This document shows, piece by piece, positions 35,774-44,294 of a stretch of DNA of 64,000 bases. Source of the stretch: an uncultured bacterium (GTDB lineage Bacteria > Patescibacteriota > Saccharimonadia > Saccharimonadales > Saccharimonadaceae); contig CAMTUF010000003.1 of assembly GCA_947084875.1 (NCBI GenBank), positions 58,644 to 122,643 on the forward strand. The letters run 5' to 3'. The notes beneath the pieces are model-generated. The model was not told where the DNA came from. It worked only from the letters and a program-made list of their open reading frames with translations, and did not search any database. Position 1 is the stretch's first letter, and each line of letters begins with the position of its first letter. A program made the translations under genes and the position numbers.

Positions 35774-37375
35774 TTATCGTGAACTGGCAGCCTTGATCAG
35801 ACCGACAAACAATGGATGCGCGCGATCTGGACGTGATTTGAACTCTGGATGAGCTTGTGTTGCGACGAAGTAAGGATTCTCAGGCGCTTCAATATACTCT
35901 ACCAATCGTCCATCAGGCGAAGAACCTGTTACCTTTAGTCCTCCACGCTCAATATCCTCTAGGAATTGTTGGTTCACTTCATAACGATGGCGATGGCGTT
36001 CGACTGTTTGTAGTTCACCATATGCGCTTGCTACTTGCGAGCCTGGTGTGAGAGTCGCTGAATAATCGCCAAGGCGCAGTGTCCCACCCGTTGATTCCTG
36101 GCCTTGCTGACCATCCATAATATAGACGACATCGTGCTCAGTATCAGCGTTAAACTCTGTACTATTCGCATCTTCAAGTCCTGCTTTTCGTGCCGAGGCA
36201 ATGACCGCGACCTGCAAACCTAAACAAAGTCCGAGGTATGGAACATTGTGGTCAAGCGCATACCTTGCAGCGGCAATCTTTCCCTCAATACCACGTGATC
36301 CAAACCCACCAGGAACGAGAAGTGCGTCTACTGAAGCAAAATCTTGTTCACCAGCATCTTCTGCACTAATCCATACTGTTTCAAGACCCACATCCTCTTG
36401 CCAGGCAGCAGCTTTCAGTGCTTCCAGAACCGAGATATAGGTATCTTCATTATCAATATATTTTGCAACCATACCAATACGAACCGTGCGTTCTGGTGTG
36501 TGTTGTTGCGCTGCCACGATTTTTTCCCATTTGAATAGATCTGGTTCCGTATCGTTACCTGTAAACTTATTCAAAACATCTTCGATACCACTGTGGGCAA
36601 TAGTAATTGGCACTTCATATACAGTTTCAGCGTTTGCCAACAGGACAATTGCTTTTTCGTTAACACCGCTAAACTGAGCAATCTTGGTCGCAATATGTGA
36701 CGGTGCTGCCGTATCGGTTCGCACCACGACACAATCTGGCGTAATACCAAATCCACGTAGTTCATTCAATGCATTTTGTGCAGGCTTTGTTTTAAACTCT
36801 TTGCTTGTTCCAATAAATGGTACATAGACCACATGAACATAGAGACAATTTTCACGACCAACACGACCAGCAAATTCACGAATTGCTTCAACGTAGCTGA
36901 GGCCTTCATAGTCACCGACCGTTCCTCCAATTTCAACAATGTGAACATCAGCACCGTCAGCAGCAGTGAGAATCGCATCTTGGATTGCATTCGTCAGGTG
37001 TGGAATAAGCTGAATTGTTTGACCACCGAACTTCCCTGCGCGCTCATCTGCAATCAGCTGACTGAGTAGTTTTCCAGATAATGTCGCGTTCACTTGTGCT
37101 AATTCAATATCAAGAAATCGTTCGTAGTGACCAAGATCAAGGTCTGTTTCGGCACCATCTTTGGTGACAAAACACTCACCGTGTTCTCTTGGATTTAAAA
37201 GCCCCGCATCTACATTAAGATACGGGTCACATTTTTGAATCGAAACAGTGTTACCTTTTGCTTTTAATACGGCGGCAATAGACGCTGCTGTAATTCCCTT
37301 ACCAACCCCGGAGAGTACACCCCCAGTTACAAAAATATATTTCTGTTTTTTGCCCATGAGTTCATTGTTCTCCAT
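35774..37375 (-). CDS. pyrG: CTP synthase
   Basis: 533 aa with KYIFVTGGV.SG.GKG, a GATase domain (GLCLGLQ) and HRHRYE. Confidence 0.96.
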   Translation of the reverse strand: MENNELMGKKQKYIFVTGGVLSGVGKGITAASIAAVLKAKGNTVSIQKCDPYLNVDAGLLNPREHGECFVTKDGAETDLDLGHYERFLDIELAQVNATLSGKLLSQLIADERAGKFGGQTIQLIPHLTNAIQDAILTAADGADVHIVEIGGTVGDYEGLSYVEAIREFAGRVGRENCLYVHVVYVPFIGTSKEFKTKPAQNALNELRGFGITPDCVVVRTDTAAPSHIATKIAQFSGVNEKAIVLLANAETVYEVPITIAHSGIEDVLNKFTGNDTEPDLFKWEKIVAAQQHTPERTVRIGMVAKYIDNEDTYISVLEALKAAAWQEDVGLETVWISAEDAGEQDFASVDALLVPGGFGSRGIEGKIAAARYALDHNVPYLGLCLGLQVAVIASARKAGLEDANSTEFNADTEHDVVYIMDGQQGQESTGGTLRLGDYSATLTPGSQVASAYGELQTVERHRHRYEVNQQFLEDIERGGLKVTGSSPDGRLVEYIEAPENPYFVATQAHPEFKSRPDRAHPLFVGLIKAASSR

Positions 37376-37408
37376 GGGATTTCATTATAGCATGTTTTGC
37401 ATAATAAG

Positions 37409-37422
37409 CGCTACATGTAGCG
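37409..37422. promoter_or_regulatory. perfect 14-bp palindrome CGCTACATGTAGCG upstream of pyrG (operator or weak terminator candidate)
   Basis: Lies 34-47 nt upstream of the pyrG ATG and shares the CTACA..TGTAG core with palindromes upstream of nrdA. Confidence 0.35.
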
Positions 37423-37438
37423 TGGTTTGTTGTTTTTT

Positions 37439-38614
37439 TTACGCTACTAGATTCTCTAGTGCAGTTCCCTTCTGGTAGGTTGTAAGTGGGGCTTGGTCCA
37501 TTGACCAATGCTGCTGTAAAGGAGCAAGAATTTCCCAAGCTCGAATAATTTCGGGACTTGTCGTAAAAATACTTTTTCTACCATCGATTGCATCGATCAA
37601 GACACGTTCGTAGGCTCCAGGTAAACGTTTGGTCGGCATTGTATCTTCCTGAAAGACATCGTTTGTACCGTCCTGATACGTTACCGTAATAGATGTTTCC
37701 TTATCGCCTAACGCTTTACCTGTCGCTACGCGTAGCTCAACGCCCTGCCACTCTGGATCACTACTTGTCAGACTCATACTAACAAATGTCTCAGTACTAC
37801 TACCGACATTTTGTACTTCCACCTGATAGCCTTCGTATTGTGCACGAACAGTTTGCTGTGGATTGACTGGATCAAGCTGCGCCAAAGCGGCTAGACGATA
37901 GGCGGGAAGGTTTTCCATTGCGTAGTTGTCAGGAATATCCATAAGAACAAGCGATAAAAGCTGCAATAAATGCCCTTGTACAACATCACGTAGCGCTCCC
38001 GTTTGTTCATAGAAATGCGCACGATGTTCTACCCCTAATGTTTCTGATGCAACGACAGCAACAGATGCAATTGATTGGTTATTCCAAGCATGACGTTCTT
38101 TTTTTGCACTGGTCCGCAGTTTTATTACTTCAGAAGCAACTTCTTTGGCCATGTAGTGATCAATTCGATATATCTGATCCTCGCTATAGTGTTCGGCAAT
38201 GCGATCAATTAAATCTTGAGCGGATGCCAAATCAAATCCGAAAGGTTTTTCAAAAAGTAATTTGATATTCGGAGCATTCAATCCAGCTTCGGCCAAGAAA
38301 TCAACAATCTGTGAGGTTGCACTTGGCGGAACGGCCAGATAAATGAGGGCTTGCTCGTCCTCATGCAGAGCCATATAGCCCTTCAGACCTCTATATGCCG
38401 CCTCGTCTGCTAAATTCATCTCATAGATGGTCGTACGATCTTGTAGGTGTGGCACATCCTTCAATAACTCGCCAAGATCTACCTGGCGACGCGAAACGCC
38501 AATAATTGATAATTCATCAAATTCACCTGTGCCAATAACTTGCTCGAGTGCAGGCAACAGTTTATGCCTACTCAGGTCTCCTGTGATGCCAAAGATAACA
38601 AGTTTTGTTTTCAT
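37439..38614 (-). CDS. zwf: glucose-6-phosphate dehydrogenase (short form)
   Basis: GITGDLSRHKLLPAL (NADP site), EKPFG, and RIDHYMAKE (RIDHYLGKE-like active site). 391 aa, shorter than typical Zwf. Confidence 0.7.
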   Translation of the reverse strand: MKTKLVIFGITGDLSRHKLLPALEQVIGTGEFDELSIIGVSRRQVDLGELLKDVPHLQDRTTIYEMNLADEAAYRGLKGYMALHEDEQALIYLAVPPSATSQIVDFLAEAGLNAPNIKLLFEKPFGFDLASAQDLIDRIAEHYSEDQIYRIDHYMAKEVASEVIKLRTSAKKERHAWNNQSIASVAVVASETLGVEHRAHFYEQTGALRDVVQGHLLQLLSLVLMDIPDNYAMENLPAYRLAALAQLDPVNPQQTVRAQYEGYQVEVQNVGSSTETFVSMSLTSSDPEWQGVELRVATGKALGDKETSITVTYQDGTNDVFQEDTMPTKRLPGAYERVLIDAIDGRKSIFTTSPEIIRAWEILAPLQQHWSMDQAPLTTYQKGTALENLVA

Positions 38615-38632
38615 CTTCTCAAGTATACTCCT

Positions 38633-39580
38633 CTACTCCACTGCCTTCTCGTCCATAACGGGGAGTTGAACAATAACATTATAGACGGCGTTTTCCATAA
38701 TTTTAGTTCGGTTCAATTTATTGTTCGTAAAATAGGGAAAAGGGTCTTTGCTGGTAGCACCATATTCCTTTTGCACTAATACACCTACATCGGGATACTG
38801 CGAAGGGACTCTATCGGTCATCGATTTTGGAAACTCCACATCAAGGTCGATACCGACTTTCTTCTCTCCGCCCCAAGGCTCGATAACAACAACGGTACAG
38901 CCAAAGCCATTGTGGTCTTTGTGCGCTGTATGATAACCACTCTCGATAGTAGCTATATAACTAATGTCTTTGCGCTCTTTCAAGAATTCAGAAAGATTTT
39001 TTTGACGATTGAGCGCTCCTTCGTACGCCTCTTCGATACTGCGGGGTTGTTCGTTCACGCCCGATTCTACTTTTATACCATCGAGTCGTACCCGAAGTCC
39101 TGCACGGCGTAGTCCTCGACTCACTGCACGGTGCTTGAGTATGCTTTCTGAACTCACCATAACGAGCGGTAGCCCTGCAAAGTACTCTTGAATATTTTTG
39201 AGGTCGTTATTGATAACGATAGGATGCATTCCCTGGATTTCGTCACTGTATGACACCTCGGGAATGGGATTGAGTAAAAATATCTCGAGTCCCTGAGCAT
39301 AGGCATAGGCGATCTCAATCAAGGTATTACCACCTATGTAGTTGGCGACATCGTTCTTGTCGGCGTTTACCACCAAGATCGCATCAGAGTCGTCAATCTT
39401 ACGAAAATGCGTATCCATGAGACCACGTTTTAGAGTAGCGTTCTTAGTCTTGTCGTCTGTGTATGTTCGCTCATCGTCTACGTTCGGTATGGCTACCTCG
39501 TAGCCAGCTGATTCGAGCTTTTTCTGCCACTGCTCCATCAATGGTGCATGCACCATTGAGCCGCAGATCGTTATCTTCAT
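38633..39580 (-). CDS. fusion protein: nucleoside 2-deoxyribosyltransferase-like N-domain plus YjjX/DUF84 non-canonical NTP pyrophosphatase-like C-domain
   Basis: The N-terminal ~135 aa (ICGSM..., D.ILVVN, GGNTLIEIAYAYA) fit the deoxyribosyltransferase-like Rossmann family. The C-terminal ~175 aa carry VESGVNEQP (E. coli YjjX has VESGVPEQP) and a matching overall pattern. Confidence 0.55.
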   Translation of the reverse strand: MKITICGSMVHAPLMEQWQKKLESAGYEVAIPNVDDERTYTDDKTKNATLKRGLMDTHFRKIDDSDAILVVNADKNDVANYIGGNTLIEIAYAYAQGLEIFLLNPIPEVSYSDEIQGMHPIVINNDLKNIQEYFAGLPLVMVSSESILKHRAVSRGLRRAGLRVRLDGIKVESGVNEQPRSIEEAYEGALNRQKNLSEFLKERKDISYIATIESGYHTAHKDHNGFGCTVVVIEPWGGEKKVGIDLDVEFPKSMTDRVPSQYPDVGVLVQKEYGATSKDPFPYFTNNKLNRTKIMENAVYNVIVQLPVMDEKAVE

Positions 39581-39582
39581 TG

Positions 39583-40578
39583 TTACTCGCTCTTTGTGCC
39601 AGAACCAGCATTAACTTCGTAGCTAGTGTTGGTGCTCTCAAAGAAGTTCACGAGCTGTAAGGTATCGTTAGCAGCTGCCATCCATTTCGCAGGGTTTGAC
39701 ACCTTGTAGTGTGCTTCAAAACCAAGCTCTTCAAGGCGTCGATCAGCCAAGTACTTTACGTACTGGTTGATGTAGTCACTATTGAGTCCAAGAATACCGT
39801 TTGGCAGAAGATCACGGTTATAGGCTTCTTCCATTTCGACACCATCCAAAATCATTTGACGAATTTCAGACGCAAACTCTTCAGTCTGCAGATCTTCGTT
39901 TTCTTCAAGCACCGTCAGGATCAAGTTAATACCGAACTTCAGGTGCAGTGATTCATCACGAACAACCCAGTCGATAAGTGATCCAAAGTTACGTAGCAAG
40001 TTACGCTGACGGAAGCTCAGTGCCACCATGAAGCCACTATAGAACCAAATACCTTCAAGGATAACGTTGTAGGCAACCAGGTTACGAACAAAGTCCTTCT
40101 TGCCCTCCGTTGTAGTGATATCAAGAGTTTGTTCGGTCATGCGCTTGATGAATGTTGTCTCAAATTCTTCTTTACGAGCCATTGAGGGTGTTTCAACGTG
40201 CGCTGCATAGGCTTGGTCACGATCGATTGGGAATGTTTCGAGGACATATTCGAAACTCATACAGTGATTCGCTTCTTCCCACATTTGTTTTGCCAGGTAC
40301 AAGTGACACTCAGCAGCATTGACGTAAGGGTAAACGCCAAAGGCCAGTGCTTTGTTAACCAACAGTTCGTTTGGGTTGAAGTAACTCATCAAGAATGTCA
40401 CCGCGTGGCGCTCTTCTTCGGTCATCTTCTTCCAGTCGGACAAATCTTGACCTAGTTGAATTTCATTTGGAAACCACGTGTTTGCGACAGCTTGGTTATA
40501 AAGGTCCATTGCCCATTGGTAATGAACGGGTTTGAGCAGTAGCCCGTCCTGAATTCCGGTTCCTAGTATTCCTGACAT
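39583..40578 (-). CDS. nrdB: ribonucleotide-diphosphate reductase beta subunit (class Ia R2)
   Basis: Di-iron/tyrosyl motifs (EE.NH..SFEY, EGIWFYSGF, RDE.LH). AAGGAG SD. Confidence 0.92.
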   Translation of the reverse strand: MSGILGTGIQDGLLLKPVHYQWAMDLYNQAVANTWFPNEIQLGQDLSDWKKMTEEERHAVTFLMSYFNPNELLVNKALAFGVYPYVNAAECHLYLAKQMWEEANHCMSFEYVLETFPIDRDQAYAAHVETPSMARKEEFETTFIKRMTEQTLDITTTEGKKDFVRNLVAYNVILEGIWFYSGFMVALSFRQRNLLRNFGSLIDWVVRDESLHLKFGINLILTVLEENEDLQTEEFASEIRQMILDGVEMEEAYNRDLLPNGILGLNSDYINQYVKYLADRRLEELGFEAHYKVSNPAKWMAAANDTLQLVNFFESTNTSYEVNAGSGTKSE

Positions 40579-40596
40579 GGTGTTCTCCTTAATCTG

Positions 40597-40770
40597 TTAT
40601 TGACAACCTTCACACATAGTGAGGTCTGCTGGGTCGAGTGGTGCTGCAAATGTGCCATTTGCTGCTGCTTCGTCGTTTGCTTGCGCCTGAGCGTTTGCCA
40701 TTGCTGCGTCAATTGCTGCTAGTTTCTCTTCCAGTGTCATGTTGTCGTTGATGATTGTTGATGCGTTCAT
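40597..40770 (-). CDS. unannotated 57-aa ORF between nrdA and nrdB ending in CEGCQ
   Basis: Hand-translated as MNASTIINDNMTLEEKLAAIDAAMANAQAQANDEAAANGTFAAPLDPADLTMCEGCQ. An AGGGGA SD-like sequence lies upstream and the stop is 18 nt before the nrdB ATG. Below the 60-aa cutoff of the supplied track. Confidence 0.4.
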   Translation of the reverse strand: MNASTIINDNMTLEEKLAAIDAAMANAQAQANDEAAANGTFAAPLDPADLTMCEGCQ

Positions 40771-40841
40771 TGTGTTATCCCCTATTTACTGATGTCTTGT
40801 TTTATTCGTTTGTTTCGGTTGGTGGTAGTTGATTTATCCTG

Positions 40842-43247
40842 TCATACTCCTACCTCTTGTTTCGCTTTGGCGAAGCCAAATCCAGCTTTTCGTGTCGCGC
40901 CACTGCTTTCAGCCTTGTTGACTTTGACAGTACTTTGTTCAGCACTGTGTCGTGGCTTCACGTGGAGGTAGTATGTCGTTTTCAGACCGCGCTTCCATGC
41001 GCTGCTATAGATAGCAACCATGTCGTCAATGTCGCGAGTTTCAAGATACATATTACGGCTGATCGCTTGATCAACCCATTTCTGCGCGCGAGCCGCTACT
41101 TCGATAAATGAGTATGGACTTAACTGGAAGCTTGTCTTGTATACATCTTTTACTCGCTGTGGAATAGCATCAATTTTTTGCACATCACCTTGCAAACGCA
41201 GTACGTCTTCTTTAACGTCATCCCAAATACCGAGGTTTTTGAGGTCGTTCACGAGGTTCACATTCACTTCAAGGAATTTACCGTTCAGTGTTGCACGGCT
41301 AAAGATCTGTGCGAATTGAGGGTCAAGACCTGGAGTTGTTCCTGCAATGTGTGCAATGTTTGCTGTTGGCGCAATGGCCATCAGTGTTGCGTTGCGCATA
41401 CCTTTTTTAACTTTGGCACGAAGTGTGTCCCAGTCTAAACGAGTCTTGCGGTTTACTTCAACTTTGACCTTGCGGTCTTTTGCCAAAATATCAATGGTGT
41501 CGATTGGCAAGATGCCTTTGCTCCAACCACTTCCCTTGAATGTTGGGTAAGCACCGTATTTCTTTGCAAGATCTGCTGATTCATCAATCGCATTGTAACT
41601 GACGAACTCAACCAGCTGGTCAATCAGGTCGTAAGCTTCTTCGCTATCGTAGCTGTGGCCAAGTTTTTCAATAACATCAGTAAAGCCCATAACACCAAGT
41701 CCTAGTGCGCGGTTCTGTGTGTTGCTGTTCATTGCCTCTGGTACTGGTGTGTTCGTGATATCAACCAAGTTATCAAGCTGACGAATCGCGCTTCGCGTTG
41801 CGTCTGCAAGACGATCCCAGTTCCATGTCTTGTCTGGACCAAGGAACGCTGACAAGTTGATACTAACGAGGTTACAAACTGCCGTGTTGTCCTTGTCTTG
41901 GGGCAATGTAATCTCAGTACAGAGGTTGGACAGGTGAATTGTGCTGGTGTTGTTGTTAAGCGCACGAACGTTAATCGTGTCTTTCCATGTCAGCCATGGG
42001 TGACTTGTTGCCTGTAGAGTGATCAAGATCTGGCGGAATTGCTCACGAGCAGTTGTCTTGATGAACTCACGCATTTCGCCACGTTCCGCCTTCGCAACGT
42101 ATTCAGCGTATCGTGCGCTAAATTCTGCACCGTATAGTTCTGACAAGTCTTTTACTTCAGCTGGATCGAACAAGTACCAATCCTGGTCGTTGTCGACGCG
42201 CTTCATAAACTCATCACTGATGAAGACTGCAGTGTTTGCAAGTCGTGTACGCAGGTAAGGATCACCTGAGTTCTGTTTCAAGTCCAAGAACTGAGGAAAG
42301 TTCACGTGCCAGTTCTCCATATATAATGCGGCAGCACCTGCTTTTTTACCCTTACGACTGACGGCGAATAGTGCTGTATCAATCATTTTCATGAAAGGAA
42401 TAGGGCCAGTTGACTCTGTGTTGGTTGTCTTTACAGGACTTCCAGCTGAACGAAGTTTGTTCAAGCTAATACCAATACCACCTGTTCCTTTAGCGATCCA
42501 CATCACATCACGAACACCTTTAGCGATCGAGTCCATGTCGTCCTGTACATCGATGAGGAAACAGTTAGAAAGTTGTGGGAATGATCCACCAGCGTTCACA
42601 CGAGTTGATCCACCAGGAACATAGTCAAGTGCACTCATGTGATCGTAGAAATCGAGAGCACAGGCAGTGGGGTCTTCAGCGTTAAAGCTGAGTCCCATTG
42701 CAATACGCATGTGGGTGAACTGTGGTACTTCGATTGGCTCACCGCTTTGCTTGCGGAGTGCGTAGCGATTTTTGTTGGTCACAACGCCCAGGTATTTGCT
42801 CAAATTGTCTCGTGATGGATCAAGAGCCTTTGCAAGCTTCTTGATGTCGAATACCTTAGCATTCATTCGTTCGTCGAGTAGGCCATCAGTGACGCCTTGT
42901 TTCAGGTATTCAGCAAACTTTTGTTCATGTAATTTCTTTAGTTCTGCATCGTTTTCGTAATCACCAAGGATGTTCTTGTAGATATTCTTGAGCAGCAACC
43001 TCGCTGCGATGATGTCAAAGTCTGGATCATCTTTGACGTTCTGCAGTGCTGTGTGGATCACTGCTTCATCAAGCTGCTCACTGGTAATACCGTCGAACAG
43101 GGTCAATTGCAACTCAGTCGCTACTTGAACGACTTTGCTAATTTGATCTGGCAAACCTTCGCTTGCCTTAACGAGTGCCAAGTTAATTTTGTTGGCGTCA
43201 AACTCTTCGCGTGTGCCATCGCGCTTGACGACTGAAATGGTGCTCAT
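40842..43247 (-). CDS. nrdA: ribonucleotide-diphosphate reductase alpha subunit (class Ia R1, with ATP-cone)
   Basis: 801 aa with an N-terminal ATP-cone (VVKRDGTREEFD.NKI) and catalytic-core motifs (NLCTEI, ...). The C-terminal 45 aa contain no cysteine. Confidence 0.95.
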   Translation of the reverse strand: MSTISVVKRDGTREEFDANKINLALVKASEGLPDQISKVVQVATELQLTLFDGITSEQLDEAVIHTALQNVKDDPDFDIIAARLLLKNIYKNILGDYENDAELKKLHEQKFAEYLKQGVTDGLLDERMNAKVFDIKKLAKALDPSRDNLSKYLGVVTNKNRYALRKQSGEPIEVPQFTHMRIAMGLSFNAEDPTACALDFYDHMSALDYVPGGSTRVNAGGSFPQLSNCFLIDVQDDMDSIAKGVRDVMWIAKGTGGIGISLNKLRSAGSPVKTTNTESTGPIPFMKMIDTALFAVSRKGKKAGAAALYMENWHVNFPQFLDLKQNSGDPYLRTRLANTAVFISDEFMKRVDNDQDWYLFDPAEVKDLSELYGAEFSARYAEYVAKAERGEMREFIKTTAREQFRQILITLQATSHPWLTWKDTINVRALNNNTSTIHLSNLCTEITLPQDKDNTAVCNLVSINLSAFLGPDKTWNWDRLADATRSAIRQLDNLVDITNTPVPEAMNSNTQNRALGLGVMGFTDVIEKLGHSYDSEEAYDLIDQLVEFVSYNAIDESADLAKKYGAYPTFKGSGWSKGILPIDTIDILAKDRKVKVEVNRKTRLDWDTLRAKVKKGMRNATLMAIAPTANIAHIAGTTPGLDPQFAQIFSRATLNGKFLEVNVNLVNDLKNLGIWDDVKEDVLRLQGDVQKIDAIPQRVKDVYKTSFQLSPYSFIEVAARAQKWVDQAISRNMYLETRDIDDMVAIYSSAWKRGLKTTYYLHVKPRHSAEQSTVKVNKAESSGATRKAGFGFAKAKQEVGV

Positions 43248-43374
43248 ATCCCCTGTATCCTTTTTGTTATGGTTACCTTACTCGACATCTTGTTCACCTC
43301 CCCAGGTCCACATGCAAGACATTGGTCAAACCGACCGCTGTTACCTCTTGCTAAATGTGTGTTTTGATGTCAGT

Positions 43375-43388
43375 ACTACATATGTAGT
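43375..43388. promoter_or_regulatory. perfect 14-bp palindrome ACTACATATGTAGT in the nrdA upstream region (operator candidate)
   Basis: Lies 128-141 nt upstream of the nrdA ATG. Related imperfect copies occur at about 43522-43534 (GCTACATGTGGT) and about 43546-43556 (CACTACATACA). Confidence 0.35.
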
Positions 43389-43562
43389 GCTTGTGTATGA
43401 CTATATGCCCCCATATATAGTTTTTCAAGCCTTTTTCTGTGTTTTTTTCACCACAAGCATAAATGGTATGATTTTACCCCTTAGAAACTGTGGATAGTGT
43501 AGTGTTTGTTATTTACAACGCTACATGTGGTGTGCGTCAAAAACACTACATACACAATCAGG

Positions 43563-43568
43563 TATACT
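43563..43568 (+). promoter_or_regulatory. putative -10 box (TATACT) 6 nt upstream of ATG 43575
   Basis: The hexamer abuts the start codon. Confidence 0.4.
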
Positions 43569-43574
43569 AGCTAT

Positions 43575-44021
43575 ATGAATCCTACTATTACCGTTATCCG
43601 CTCAATTGGTGCCGAGTTTGCAAAGCGACTCTTCACTCCTATCGCCATTGTGGCTGGTGTTTTATCCAGCCTTTTAGTTATAGGAGTCGTCTTACTTGGC
43701 ACACTGAACGCTTGGTGGCTGCTCTTACTCATTCCCGTTATTATCGTCGTTTGCGTAGGCGCAGGAGTACTGACGATAGTATGGCTTGTTATCCGTACCG
43801 TTCGTCCGCCTCAGACAAAAACACAGCGACTTGGCGTGCAAGCATTTGTCGATAAGTTACAACGCTTGTCTGAAACGGTGCAAATACCAAAAATCGTCCT
43901 TTTATTCCGCATTGTTCGTGATATCGCCGCACCTCGAAAAGACGGCTTTATTGGCAGCATCGCCGATGATACAGCGTCACTGAAGAGCGACTTTCGCGAA
44001 CTTCAACAATTATTCCAATAA
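43575..44021 (+). CDS. hypothetical membrane protein
   Basis: 148-aa form starting MNPTITVIRS..., with two TM helices. The track ORF extension upstream is unlikely to be real. Confidence 0.5.
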   Translation: MNPTITVIRSIGAEFAKRLFTPIAIVAGVLSSLLVIGVVLLGTLNAWWLLLLIPVIIVVCVGAGVLTIVWLVIRTVRPPQTKTQRLGVQAFVDKLQRLSETVQIPKIVLLFRIVRDIAAPRKDGFIGSIADDTASLKSDFRELQQLFQ

Positions 44022-44026
44022 TTTCC

Positions 44027-44116
44027 TGGCGGAGAGAACAGGATTCGAACCTGCGATACAGTTGCCCGCATACACGCTTTCCAAGCGTGCGCCTTCAACC
44101 ACTCGGCCATCTCTCC
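44027..44116 (-). tRNA. tRNA-Ser (anticodon GGA)
   Basis: Hand-folded cloverleaf of 90 nt: acceptor GGAGAGA/TCTCTCC, D-arm GCC..GGC, anticodon arm CACGC-TTGGAAA-GCGTG, a long variable arm, T-arm GCAGG-TTCGAAT-CCTGT, and an encoded CCA. Confidence 0.92.
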
Positions 44117-44149
44117 ACACCGCAACTATTGTAACGTACCGACCCAACC

Positions 44150-44286
44150 GTAAAAAGCACGCTAGGTCCAAGCGTGGTCACGTTCCGCGACCCCGCGAGT
44201 CAGGCACATGAGCACAGCTCATGTGTGACATCGCCTTCGAACTGCCACTGGCAGTTCTCACCTTCAACCACTCGGCCATCTCTCCA
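44150..44286 (-). other. tRNA-Ser-derived fragment / candidate ~135-nt small RNA
   Basis: Starts with an exact 26-nt copy (44261-44286) of the tRNA-Ser(GGA) 5' acceptor/D-arm (44092-44117). It lacks any 3' acceptor strand. Contains three GC-rich hairpins and ends in the anticodon-arm-like hairpin CACGCT-TGGACCT-AGCGTG plus CTTTTT. Confidence 0.4.
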
Positions 44287-44294
44287 GCGAATCT

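Noticed and set aside
43248-43574. Strict NrdR-box pair (two 16-bp boxes about 31-32 bp apart) upstream of nrdA
   Set aside because: Palindromes are present, but neither their internal spacing nor the distances between them fit the canonical tandem NrdR-box arrangement. They are reported only as a generic shared palindromic motif.
44117-44286. A second complete tRNA-Ser gene, possibly intron-containing or tRNA-Sec, upstream of tRNA-Ser(GGA)
   Set aside because: No 3' acceptor strand (TCTCTCC) or foldable T-arm exists anywhere in the 169-nt segment. No loop presents a TCA or other anticodon in a proper 5-bp stem / 7-nt loop context. It is reported as a fragment instead.
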